Assembly (NCBI GenBank): GCA_963731035.1
Contig: CAVSUY010000028.1
Span: 139,647 to 203,646 of the forward strand
Direction: 5' to 3'
DNA: 64,000 bases
Source of the DNA: an uncultured Gammaproteobacteria bacterium
GTDB taxonomy: Bacteria; Pseudomonadota; Gammaproteobacteria; Arenicellales; JAANXG01
The notes beneath the pieces were generated by a model. The model saw nothing but the letters and a program-made list of their open reading frames with translations. It searched no databases and was not told the origin of the DNA. The translations under genes and the position numbers were made by a program. Numbering within the stretch: the stretch's first letter is position 1; the number at the start of each line of letters is the position of its first letter. Positions 39,950 through 50,625 of the stretch are shown here, one piece after another.

Positions 39950-40489
39950 TCAAAGCGACAATTCCATAAACACCGCGCTGGAACGGTACTTGTCCATCGT
40001 GTCAGCCGGCTGGAAATCCGCCATGCTGTTCTCGGCGTAAGAAGGAACTTCAACAAAACCAGCAGACCTGTAGAGCGCGTGCGCTGAAGTCAGCGCCTTG
40101 AGGCTCTCAAGCCTCACCGTCCTATATCCGATCGCCCTCGCGTCATCGAGAAGCAGTTGCAGCAGTCGACGTCCCGCACCGATGCCCCGTGCGTGAGGCT
40201 GCACGTACATCCTTTGGAGTTCTGCGACGCCAGGGGCCAGGCGCTTCAAGCACCCGACACCTACGTAGGTGCCGTCGTAACGCATGACATAGAGCCGTCC
40301 ATGCGGCGGATAGAACTTCGACCTGTCCTCGACATCAGAAGCGATCATTGCTTCAATGTCGAACGAAAGACCATAGTTCTTATCGGCCACCTGAGCGACC
40401 CAATGCAAATACTCGCCAATAAGTTCACGCGCTGCCTTTGTGGTAGCCGCATCTTCGACAACCTTGAATTGAAGCGACCCTTTTGACAC
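39950..40489 (-). CDS. GNAT-family N-acetyltransferase
   Basis: 179 aa with the acetyl-CoA binding motif MYVQPHARGIGAGRRLLQLLLDDA. Confidence 0.85.
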   Translation of the reverse strand: MSKGSLQFKVVEDAATTKAARELIGEYLHWVAQVADKNYGLSFDIEAMIASDVEDRSKFYPPHGRLYVMRYDGTYVGVGCLKRLAPGVAELQRMYVQPHARGIGAGRRLLQLLLDDARAIGYRTVRLESLKALTSAHALYRSAGFVEVPSYAENSMADFQPADTMDKYRSSAVFMELSL

Positions 40490-40592
40490 AGTGCCGTCTA
40501 ACGCTGAGATAACCGGCGCTTGATGGCGACCGGCCGAAGCGACGTCGAAGGGAGTGAGTGGTCAAGCATCCGAATTGATCGCATTGTTAGGT

Positions 40593-40867
40593 TCACCGAC
40601 GTTTCCTCTCCGAGACCGGCCGCCATCCTTGCTCTTCTGCCCATTCCACTAAATCTTCGAAAGTGATGAAGGTGTCGCACTTTTGGCCAGGTACCCCTTC
40701 TAGCGTGTCACACAAAAAGTAGGCCTCACAACATCCCAACGTACTCGGGTAATTGCGTAGCTTCCCCAAGCGTCTCCCTTTATTTCAAGGCCCTTGTATG
40801 GCGGAAAGGGGAGCTCAATGTCGCGAAAAAACATGCGGCCATCGTTCTTCGCCTCATCTGTCCAGAC
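40593..40867 (-). pseudogene. Frameshifted remnant of an unidentified gene
   Basis: My own translation gives two parts. 40867..40703 reads VWTDEAKNDGRMFFRDIELPFPPYKGLEIKGDAWGSYAITRVRWDVVRPTFCVTR*. The adjacent frame, at about 40712..40593, reads CDTLEGVPGQKCDTFITFEDLVEWAEEQGWRPVSERKRR*. Both look protein-like, but there is no start codon and the two parts sit in different frames. Confidence 0.25.
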
Positions 40868-41001
40868 AAAACAAAACAAGGAGTGAGTCGATACCGGCTA
40901 TTGCCCGAGCGTACCCTTCCCGGTTCTCGCGTTTCCCGGCGAACCGGTTGTGGCGGCCTGGTCCCCGTTTTGAGACGGGGCTCAAGACCGGGCTATCGGA
41001 C

Positions 41002-41202
41002 CTAATCGAGGACGAATGTGACCTTGAGGTCGACGCGATACTCGGTAATCTTGTTCCCGTCCACGACGACCTGCTGCTCCTTGACCCAGGCGCCCTTGAT
41101 GTGGTGGACGCTCTCGCCGGCGGTCTGAATTCCCTGGGCGATGGCATCCTCGAAGCTCTTGGTGGAGTTGGCGCTGATCTCGATGACTTTCGCTAGTGAC
41201 AT
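41002..41202 (-). CDS. Dodecin-family flavin-binding protein
   Basis: MSLAKVIEISANSTKSFEDAIAQGIQTAGESVHHIKGAWVKEQQVVVDGNKITEYRVDLKVTFVLD (66 aa) follows the dodecin pattern. GGGGAGA lies upstream of the ATG at 41202. Confidence 0.8.
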   Translation of the reverse strand: MSLAKVIEISANSTKSFEDAIAQGIQTAGESVHHIKGAWVKEQQVVVDGNKITEYRVDLKVTFVLD

Positions 41203-41330
41203 TTGGTATCTCCCCGCCGCAAAGGCGCGTGCGTCTTGAGGTGTAGCGCGACACCGTAGCAAGAAAGCTGAGGTGCGGAGTTAACCCAGGTCAACAAACC
41301 CACACAAAAACCCGGACACCGGTGCGTGCA

Positions 41331-41475
41331 TCCCGTACGAGGCGGGGCTTTGTGAGTGCTCCGTGGGAAAGACGGCCCATATCGTGCCGCCCATTCCGCC
41401 CGTGTCGCCGCCGACGGATTCCCATTCTTCCGGATTCTCGGCGACATGGCGTCGAGGGTGATCACCACATGCCTC
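41331..41475 (-). pseudogene. Degenerate second copy of the groEL 3' end plus its terminator
   Basis: The DNA at 41331-41475 aligns by eye with 43786-43955. Both share ACGAGGCGGGGCTTT, TGCTCC.TGGGAA, ATC.TGCCGCCCAT.CCGCCC, GGATTCC..TCTTCCGGA.TCTC.GCGAC and ATGGC.TCG.GGTGATCA. The translation ...HVAENPEEWESVGGDTGGMGG compares with the groEL tail [25 protein letters not shown]. Confidence 0.75.
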
Positions 41476-41519
41476 CATGGGGAAGTGCACCGAGGCGGTG
41501 CGACGAGTGCTCCTTCCTG

Positions 41520-41705
41520 TCAGCCGAAAGTAGCCTCCGGCAGCAGGGCCGAGACCACGTAGTTGGGCACGTCGACGACGTTGCTCACGCACAGGTCCAC
41601 GGCGACGCTGCAGATCACGTAGGCCTGGTTACGCGTGAAGCCGTACTCCTGGAGGAGTTCCATCCTGGTCTGCGTTGGACACCATTCGAAGTCGAGCGGT
41701 GCGGG
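41520..41705 (-). pseudogene. 3' fragment of an acetamidase/formamidase-family gene
   Basis: The C-terminal part of ORF 41520..41831 reads ...RMELLQEYGFTRNQAYVICSVAVDLCVSNVVDVPNYVVSALLPEATFG*. This matches the conserved C-terminus of FmdA-type amidases, but the upstream ~300 residues of such enzymes are absent. Confidence 0.65.
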
Positions 41706-41822
41706 TTTGGTCTTTCTCGCCTTTGGTCCGCGATTTCGGTTCAAGGAGCAGAAAAGTCTGGTCCGGGGGGCAAGGCTCGATATAAATTTGGGCTTTGAAA
41801 ACACAATAATAAGAGAGTCTGC

Positions 41823-42696
41823 ATGGCGCACAAAACATCACGAAGAAGAGCATTGGCCGGCTTGGTCGCCACGGTTCCGGCGGCATGGGCGGCGCCGATC
41901 ATAAAAACCGTCGTTCTTCCAGCGCACGCGCAGTTGTCTTCCGTTGGCCCTCCTTCCGGCTGTGTCGCCGAAGCGAGCTCGGGCAGCCGGGTTTTCACGT
42001 CCGACGACACGTTCTGCGTTCCTGAAGGCACCACCCAGGTGGTTGTCAGCGCCGAGGGCGGACCCGGGGGTAACGGTGGCAGCGGTACCGCTGGCGGCTC
42101 CGGTGGCACGGGCGGTCTCGGCGGGCTGGCCACCGGCACGATCGCCGTCACCGCGGGACAGATTCTCACCATCATCGTCGGTCACCGTGGGTTGAACGCA
42201 AGCGGCTTCGTCAGCGGCGCCGGGGGTGCTCCCGATGGCGGAAACGGCGGCAACAGCTCGGGGAACCAGCGAGCCGGCGGCGGTGGCGGCGGAGCGTCAC
42301 GGGTTCAGTTAAGCGGGGCGGACCAGGTGGTCGCCGGTGGTGGGGGTGGCGGCGGCGGGTCCAACGGAAACGGTGCCAACGTTGGCGGCGACGGCGGGAG
42401 CGGAGACGGCAGCGATGGAACCGCCGGAGGCGGTACGTCTGGAGCGGCGGGAGGCCTTGGCGGCAGTCAAGCAGGGCCGAACGGGCAGGATGCTTCCGTC
42501 GCAATAAACAATGGGGCTGGCGGTGGCGGTGGCGGTGGCGTCAACGGTGGAGGACGCGGCGAAGCTCGCGGCATGGTAACCAGACTTCGGCCAGGGCGGT
42601 GGCGGTGCCGGCGGCGGGTCAAGCCTGGCAGGACCGGGAGGGAGTGTCTCGACGCACGCGAACGCCGATGGCTCCGTGTCGATCACCTGGTCCTGA
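41823..42696 (+). pseudogene. Tat-signal glycine-rich protein (Gly_rich-type), single frameshift near 42578
   Basis: The N-terminus is MAHKTSRRRALAGLVATVPAAWAAP. Next comes FTSDDTFCVPEGTTQVVVSAEGGPGGNGG...GTIAVTAGQILTIIVG and long poly-Gly runs. After about 42575 the ORF-track frame turns Arg-rich. The adjacent frame reads PDFGQGGGGAGGGSSLAGPGGSVSTHANADGSVSITWS* and ends at 42694-42696. Confidence 0.65.
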
Positions 42697-42739
42697 CGAC
42701 TTATTCACAGCCGAATTTCGCTCCCGGTGCTCCCGGCTA

Positions 42740-42909
42740 TCTCCTTCCCCGATCGTTATTGCCGAAAGATCCGGTACGACCCGGGACGGCCACCGCTGGT
42801 CGTTCCACGTCACCGTATCATCGGCGCCGACGGCTCACCGACCGGCTTCGGCGGTACATTCGAAACCAGGGTCTGGCTCCTGCGCCGCGACGGCGCGCTG
42901 ATGGTTTGA
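42740..42909 (+). pseudogene. Degenerate second copy of the ogt 3' end
   Basis: RPPLVVPRHRIIGADGSPTGFGGTFETRVWLLRRDGALMV* compares with the ogt tail [39 protein letters not shown]. The catalytic Cys is replaced by Arg. Weaker similarity (RPGTATAGR versus GRPTATRAVGR) continues upstream in another frame. Confidence 0.8.
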
Positions 42910-43007
42910 CGGACAGTCGCGTTATACTGTGGCTCGAGCATCGAGTTCCGTACGGTTGGATGTGGTTCCAGTGAACGTTGAAACGAACGACAGCGGGAGA
43001 TCTCCAG

Positions 43008-43436
43008 ATGGGCGACACTTATAAGGGCTCTTGTTTCTGTGGTGAAGTCGAGTTCGAAGCTGCCGGCGCGCCGGCGGCCATGGGGTATTGCCATTGCGCC
43101 GACTGCAAGGATTGGTCGGCCGCGCCGATCAATGCCTTCAGCCTCTGGAAGCCGGACAGCATTCGCATCACCAAGGGCGAGGGCAGCGTCGGAACCTACA
43201 ACAAGACCGACAGCTCTTACCGCAAGTTCTGTAAAGTCTGCGGCGGTCATATCATGACCGATCACCCCGGCATGGGCCTGATAGACGTCTATGCCGCCTT
43301 GTTGCAGGACTTCAACTACGAACCCGCGCTCCACGTGCACTATGGAAGCAAGATGATGTCCATCAAGGACGGGTTGCCGAAGTTCAAGGACCTGCCCGCC
43401 GATTTCGGCGGCTCGGGCGAGACTCTGCCCGACTAG
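43008..43436 (+). CDS. GFA-family (glutathione-dependent formaldehyde-activating enzyme-like) zinc protein
   Basis: YKGSCFCGEVEFE...GYCHCADCKDWSAAP...FCKVCGGHI is the GFA/CENP-V Cys pattern. GGGAGA lies upstream of the ATG at 43008. Confidence 0.8.
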   Translation: MGDTYKGSCFCGEVEFEAAGAPAAMGYCHCADCKDWSAAPINAFSLWKPDSIRITKGEGSVGTYNKTDSSYRKFCKVCGGHIMTDHPGMGLIDVYAALLQDFNYEPALHVHYGSKMMSIKDGLPKFKDLPADFGGSGETLPD

Positions 43437-43741
43437 CGTTCGCCGGTCGTTGTTTTCATTCGGGGGCTCCGGGGGTGCGCGCCGCCTCGACCAGCCCGGT
43501 CGAGATCTTCTCGTCCTTGTAGGGCGGGGGAGGCGCCACATTGATCCGAAATTCCGGCTCCTCGCCAGGACCAGACGCGGATCCGCCGGGATATGTTCTT
43601 GAACTTTCGTTCTTCGTTGTCGAAAAAAGTCGTATCCAGATGATCCGCCACGCTGTCATACACCGACTGCGAGATGAGAACGCCGCCGGGATCGGACATG
43701 CCTTCGAGCCGCGCCGCGACGTTGACGCCGTCGCCGTAGAT
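43433..43741 (-). pseudogene. 3' fragment of a class III adenylate/guanylate cyclase gene
   Basis: The minus frame reads *IYGDGVNVAARLEGMSDPGGVLISQSVYDSVADHLDTTFFDNEERKFKNISRRIRVW... This is the distal part of a cyclase catalytic domain. A stop codon sits immediately upstream, and no N-terminal half is present. Confidence 0.7.
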
Positions 43742-43775
43742 CTAGGGTCGGTTGAGTCTGACCCCATGGCGTCAT

Positions 43776-43807
43776 AAAAAAAGCCCCGCACGAGGCGGGG
43801 CTTTCTT
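43776..43807 (-). terminator. Rho-independent terminator of groEL
   Basis: GCCCCGC (43783-43789), ACGAG loop, GCGGGGC (43795-43801). Seven A residues on the plus strand (43776-43782) form the U-tract on the groEL strand. Confidence 0.8.
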
Positions 43808-43839
43808 GACTGCTCCTTGGGAAGGGCAGGGAAGGATGG

Positions 43840-45507
<1,668 letters not shown>

Positions 45508-45795
45508 TTATTCGATGACGCCCATGATGTCGTCTTCACGCATCACGAGCAGTTCTTCGTTGCCGACCTTGACTTCGGTGCCGGAATACTTGCCGAACAG
45601 CACCTTGTCACCGGGTTTGACGTCCAGGCTGCGGACTTCGCCGTTGTCCTGGAACTTGCCGTTACCCACGGCGACTACTTCGCCCTGCATGGGCTTCTCG
45701 GCAGCGCTGTCGGGGATCACGATGCCGCCGGGCGTCGTCTTCTCTTCTTCGAGCCGGCGCACCAGTACGCGATCGTGTAAGGGACGGATGGACAT
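45508..45795 (-). CDS. groES: Co-chaperonin GroES
   Basis: [46 protein letters not shown]... GGAGG lies upstream of the ATG at 45795. Confidence 0.97.
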   Translation of the reverse strand: MSIRPLHDRVLVRRLEEEKTTPGGIVIPDSAAEKPMQGEVVAVGNGKFQDNGEVRSLDVKPGDKVLFGKYSGTEVKVGNEELLVMREDDIMGVIE

Positions 45796-45856
45796 GTTCG
45801 TATGCCTCCTCAATTGGAAGTGTTAACTAATTGAATTTACTAGAGTTTTGTGCTGC

Positions 45857-45910
45857 TTAGCACTCACCTAAGTTGAGTGCTAATAATAGGGTCGAACTGT
45901 TCGATGTCAA
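45857..45910 (-). promoter_or_regulatory. Sigma70-type promoter (TTGACA-16 nt-TATTAT) overlapping a perfect CIRCE operator (TTAGCACTC-N9-GAGTGCTAA)
   Basis: CIRCE lies at 45857-45883 and matches the consensus inverted repeat exactly. On the groES strand the -35 TTGACA is the complement of 45905-45910 and the -10 TATTAT is the complement of 45883-45888. The -10 abuts the operator. Confidence 0.85.
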
Positions 45911-46084
45911 GGGGTGGGGGTTTAGATTTCTTTATGGGGGTGATCCGGGGGATTCGCCGGGCCCTTGATGGGTAATCGCGGCTGCACTGGGATCGTTCCT
46001 GACGATTCCAGCATTTCCTCCATCCATGGAGGTCCAAGCCGCTCCTACAATCCAAGGATTACCGCACTGCCGAACCCCCGAATT

Positions 46085-46108
46085 GCAGGAGCGGCTTCAG
46101 CCGCGATC
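46085..46108. repeat. REP-like element, family AGGAGCGGCTTCRGCCGCGAT
   Basis: GCAGGAGCGGCTTCAGCCGCGATC. See 4034-4055 and 50428-50451. Confidence 0.65.
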
Positions 46109-46117
46109 CCCTCCTCT

Positions 46118-46582
46118 TCAATCGTCCACCCGGTGGTACTGCCCCTCCAGCGGCTTCCCGGGTCCCGGCGTTCCCGGCCCTGGCCCCGGTCCTGGCCCCC
46201 GTCCTCCGGGCCCCATGTGAATAATGGTGCCGTGGCGCATCATGTAGTTGATCACCGCCCGCCGGACCGGCGGCGTGAGGCACAGAAAGCCGACGGTGTC
46301 CGTGAAAAAGCCGGGCGTGAGCAGCAACGCCCCCGCCAGCAGCAGGAACACGCCTTCGAACACCTCCATGGCGGGCAGCTCGCCGCGATCAAGCTGGGCG
46401 CGGATGCGGCCCAGGGCGGAGAACCCCTGGCGGCGCACCAGCCACGCCCCGAGGACGGCGGTGAACACTACCGCAAAAACCGTCCAGCCCACGCCGATGA
46501 TGCCGCCCACCGTGAGAAGCAGGTAGATCTCGAACAGCGGGACCAGCAGAAAAATGAACAGCAGGGCGGGGCCTAGGCGCAT
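46118..46582 (-). CDS. fxsA: FxsA-family membrane protein
   Basis: LLVPLFEIYLLLTVGGIIG and LLLTPGFFTDTVGFLCLTPPVRR are the FxsA (UPF0716) signatures. The C-terminal tail is Gly/Pro-rich. Confidence 0.85.
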   Translation of the reverse strand: MRLGPALLFIFLLVPLFEIYLLLTVGGIIGVGWTVFAVVFTAVLGAWLVRRQGFSALGRIRAQLDRGELPAMEVFEGVFLLLAGALLLTPGFFTDTVGFLCLTPPVRRAVINYMMRHGTIIHMGPGGRGPGPGPGPGTPGPGKPLEGQYHRVDD

Positions 46583-47385
46583 GTATTACTGACCTCGTTC
46601 CAAAGGGTTTCGGTTTGGCGGGCGATCGACTCGGTCCATCCGCTTAACCGATGGTCTCCCCCTTCGATGATTTCAAGCCCCTTGCCCCCGAAAGCGGGCG
46701 GGCATTCCAGGGCATCGAGCCAGTCCCGCGATTCCCGCCAGGGCAGCAGCTCGTCCCGGGTCCCGTGAATCACCCGTACCGGGCACGGCAGCCTGCCGGG
46801 TGGTGGGCCGTAGCGCAAGGCATCGGCGCAGAACCCGTAGTCGAGACGGTAACAGCCGCCGGAGTATAAATCGGGAAACCACCGGTAGCCGCGAGACTGC
46901 CAGCGCGCCACCTCCGCCGGCCGCAGCTGCTCGCCGATGAAATGGTCCATGAACCGCAAAGCGGGTGCCACCAGGACCAGCCCCTCGATGCGGTGGCGAC
47001 CCGAGGCCGCGGCATGGATCGCGATCAGGCCTCCCAGGCTGGAGCCGACCAGGATGCACGGCGGCTCGCCCAGTGCGGCGATAACGCGATGCAGGTCGTC
47101 GATGGCGCCGCTGACGGTGAAGCGCCGGAACTGTCCGTCCGAGCCGCCGCATCCACGCTGGTCGAATCGGAGCCAGCCGAAGCCGTGCCGCCCTGCCATC
47201 TCTGACAGGGCCCTGGATTTCTCACCGTCGCAATGGGAGCGAAAGCCGTGTATGAACAGGCCGGTGCGGGACCCGGTTCCCGTTCGTCGAAGACCCCGCA
47301 AAACCTCGCCGTCCCGCGCCAGCCGCCAGTCCTGCTCGCCGGCCATGGGGCCTGCGGGCTCAGCCACGGGATTCCGACGAGGCAC
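46573..47385 (-). CDS. Alpha/beta-fold hydrolase
   Basis: 270 aa with the nucleophile elbow VGSSLGG and HGF near the N-terminus. The start codon is uncertain; an alternative ATG lies 13 codons downstream. Confidence 0.75.
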   Translation of the reverse strand: MPRRNPVAEPAGPMAGEQDWRLARDGEVLRGLRRTGTGSRTGLFIHGFRSHCDGEKSRALSEMAGRHGFGWLRFDQRGCGGSDGQFRRFTVSGAIDDLHRVIAALGEPPCILVGSSLGGLIAIHAAASGRHRIEGLVLVAPALRFMDHFIGEQLRPAEVARWQSRGYRWFPDLYSGGCYRLDYGFCADALRYGPPPGRLPCPVRVIHGTRDELLPWRESRDWLDALECPPAFGGKGLEIIEGGDHRLSGWTESIARQTETLWNEVSNTCA

Positions 47386-47521
47386 GGGAGAAACTTTGAG
47401 GCCCGGGGTCCGTCATAGAGTCTATTAGAACCGCCGTGGAGGCTGCGCCGGGCGCCGTTCGCGCCGGTGCCGCGTGGACTACAATGGGTGCGCGCGGGCA
47501 AGACGTCATTCCAGGGGCTTC

Positions 47522-49897
47522 ATGCAATTGATCGGGTTTCATAGTCGTCGTACCGGCCGTGTCCACTGCCGGGCGCTGCGGCTCGTCCTCATGGTGTCGG
47601 CGCTGGCGATGCTGGTCGGCGCTCCGGCGTGGGGGAGCCACCAAGGCGGCGACCAGGGAAACGACCAGGGAAGCCAGTCCCAGGACAGCCAGGCCGCGGG
47701 CCTTCAGAACGAGGCCGGGAACCAGGCCGGGACGCTGCTCGATCCCGACCAGGCATTCCGGTTCGAGGCGCAGATGGTGTCGCCCGATCTGTTGCAGGTC
47801 ACCTGGCACATCGCCCCGGATTATTACATGTACCGGAAGAGCTTTTCCGTCGCGGCGACCAGCGACGACGTGGTTCTCGGCGCGCCGGATTTCCCGCCGG
47901 GCACGGTCAAGCACGACCAGAACTTCGGCGATGTGGAGATCTACAAGTCGGACGTCGTTTTCACGGTGCCGGTGAAGTCCGTGCCGGACGGCTCCCATGA
48001 GTTCACCCTGCGGGCCGTGGGCCAGGGATGCAACGAGCCGGTGGGTGTGTGCTTCCCGCCGGTGAGCAAGACCGCCACCGTGCAGCTGGCGGAGATGGAG
48101 CAGAGCGGCGGTGAATCTCTCATGAGCGGCGGCTCGGGCGGCGAGAGCACGCTGGACTCCCTCAAGGCGATGCTCGGCGTCGGCTCCGGTTCCGACGATT
48201 CGCCGTTCCTCCGCGCCGACCAGGCGTTCCAGTCGAGGCTCACGCCTCTCGGCCCCGAGACGCTGGTGGCGCGCTTCTCCATCCATCCCGGCTACTACCT
48301 ATACAAGGACAAGATCACCGTCACCAGCGGCGATCCCGGGGTCAGGATCACCGATGTGCAGCTGCCTGACGGGAGGAAGAAGAGGGACAAGTATTTCGGC
48401 GACATCCGGGCCTTCTACAACAGCTTCGACGCGCGGATCGGACTGCAGCGGGATGCCCGGCAGGCACGGCAGGTCTCCTTGACTTTGAAGTACCAGGGTT
48501 GCGCGGAGCGGGGCATCTGCTACCCGCCCATAGAGAAGACCCTGACGGTGAGCCTGCCCGGCGTCTCCGAGGCCGAGGCGGCAACCGGCTCGGCACCGCC
48601 GGGGTCCGGAGGAACACCGATGCAGACCGGCGCGTGGACGGTGCTGCTGGCTTTCGTCTCGGGCCTGCTGCTTACCTTCACGCCCTGCGTGCTTCCGATG
48701 ATCCCGATCCTGGCCGGGATCATCGTCGGTCAGGGCAACGACATGACCCGGCTGCGCGCCGGCGGGTTGGCGTCCGTCTACGTGCTGGGCACCGCAGTCA
48801 CCTACACCGCCGTCGGTGTCGTCGCGGGGCTCACCGGGGACCAGTTGCAGGCGTATTTCCAGAACGCGTGGGCGATCGGCTTCATCGCCGCGCTGCTGGT
48901 GTTCATGGCCTTGTCCATGTTCGGCCTGTACGAGTTGAAAATGCCCTCGGCCATCCAGAGCCGCATGCAGCACCACGCGGCAGGCTTGAAAGCCGGCGCC
49001 GTCGGCGGCGTGTTCTTCATGGGCATCCTGTCGGCGCTGATCGTGGGGGCCTGCGTGTCGCCCGTGTTGATCTCGGTCCTGGGCCTGGCGATCAAGGGCG
49101 GCGACCCGGTGCTGGGCGGGGCGATCATGTTCGCCATGGCCCTTGGCATGGGCCTGGTGCTGATCGTGCTCGGCTTCGGGTTCGGTTACGTGCTCCCCAA
49201 GACCGGGGCCTGGATGGAAACGGTCAAGCATGTTTTCGGCCTGATGCTGCTCGCGGTTGCCATATACCTGCTCGGCGCCGTGCCGTGGGTGCCGGTCATG
49301 TACCTGTGGGCCGTGCTGCTGGTGGGCACCGCCGTCTACCTGGTGGCGTCGGCAAGGCGCCGCGGAAGCACTGCCTGGAACTGGGCGGGGCAGACCGCCT
49401 CGGTGCTGCTGGTGGCCTGGGGCGTGCTGGCGGTGATCGGCGGAATCCGCGGCGGCCGGGACATACTGCAGCCGGTGAGTTACCAGGATCTGTTCGGGGC
49501 ATCCGCCGAGGAAGCGGCCGCGCACGTCGAGTTTCAGCGGGTATCGAGCCCCGAGTCCCTGGCGCGCCTGATGCGCGATGCGAAGGCAGAGGGCAAGCCG
49601 GTCATGATCGACTACTACGCCGACTGGTGCGTGGACTGCCTGCGCATGGAAAAATCCACGTTCGCGGTCCCCAGGGTCGCCCGTGCACTGAACGACGAGT
49701 TCGTTCTGATCCAGGTCGACGTTACCGACCCCAAGGATCCCGGCACCCGTGCCATTAAGCGGAACCACGACATATACGGCCCGCCGGCGATGCTGTTCTT
49801 CGACAAGGACGGGAAGGAGATCCGGTCCTTACGCCGCTACGGTTATATGGACAGCCGCCAGTTCATGCAGCACATCGCGCCCCTCCGGGAGGGATAG
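47522..49897 (+). CDS. dsbD: Thiol:disulfide interchange protein DsbD with a duplicated N-terminal domain
   Basis: Signal peptide, then two nDsbD-like modules (47735-48088 and 48206-48553). These are followed by a multi-TM core with a conserved CVLPM motif and a C-terminal thioredoxin domain (YADWCVDC). Confidence 0.9.
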   Translation: MQLIGFHSRRTGRVHCRALRLVLMVSALAMLVGAPAWGSHQGGDQGNDQGSQSQDSQAAGLQNEAGNQAGTLLDPDQAFRFEAQMVSPDLLQVTWHIAPDYYMYRKSFSVAATSDDVVLGAPDFPPGTVKHDQNFGDVEIYKSDVVFTVPVKSVPDGSHEFTLRAVGQGCNEPVGVCFPPVSKTATVQLAEMEQSGGESLMSGGSGGESTLDSLKAMLGVGSGSDDSPFLRADQAFQSRLTPLGPETLVARFSIHPGYYLYKDKITVTSGDPGVRITDVQLPDGRKKRDKYFGDIRAFYNSFDARIGLQRDARQARQVSLTLKYQGCAERGICYPPIEKTLTVSLPGVSEAEAATGSAPPGSGGTPMQTGAWTVLLAFVSGLLLTFTPCVLPMIPILAGIIVGQGNDMTRLRAGGLASVYVLGTAVTYTAVGVVAGLTGDQLQAYFQNAWAIGFIAALLVFMALSMFGLYELKMPSAIQSRMQHHAAGLKAGAVGGVFFMGILSALIVGACVSPVLISVLGLAIKGGDPVLGGAIMFAMALGMGLVLIVLGFGFGYVLPKTGAWMETVKHVFGLMLLAVAIYLLGAVPWVPVMYLWAVLLVGTAVYLVASARRRGSTAWNWAGQTASVLLVAWGVLAVIGGIRGGRDILQPVSYQDLFGASAEEAAAHVEFQRVSSPESLARLMRDAKAEGKPVMIDYYADWCVDCLRMEKSTFAVPRVARALNDEFVLIQVDVTDPKDPGTRAIKRNHDIYGPPAMLFFDKDGKEIRSLRRYGYMDSRQFMQHIAPLREG

Positions 49898-49902
49898 AAA
49901 CA

Positions 49903-50427
<525 letters not shown>

Positions 50428-50439
<12 letters not shown>

Positions 50440-50494
50440 AGCCGCTCCTACGATCCGTGGTTTACCGCGGTGCTGATCCCCGGATCGTAGGAGC
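50428..50494. repeat. Inverted REP-like element plus a perfect 14-bp inverted repeat
   Basis: GATCGCGGCTGAAGCCGCTCCTAC (50428-50451) is the reverse orientation of the 4034/46085 element. GCTCCTACGATCCG (50444-50457) pairs perfectly with CGGATCGTAGGAGC (50481-50494). The element supplies the last codons and the stop of the tlpA-like CDS. Confidence 0.7.
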
Positions 50495-50625
50495 GACTTT
50501 CCCGTGCAGTCACGATAGAACAAAAAAGACGCGTTACGTCGGCCAACTTCGCCAAATATGGCGTCAACTGGACTTGATCCTGCCTTTACGGCAGACTGAA
50601 ACATACACAATGAAGGCCTGCCCGT

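Noticed and set aside
41281-41592. The 103-aa minus-strand ORF in the track.
   Set aside because: It is a read-through of the decayed groEL 3' copy and adjacent junk (...VAENPEEWESVGGDTGGMGG...), not an independent gene.
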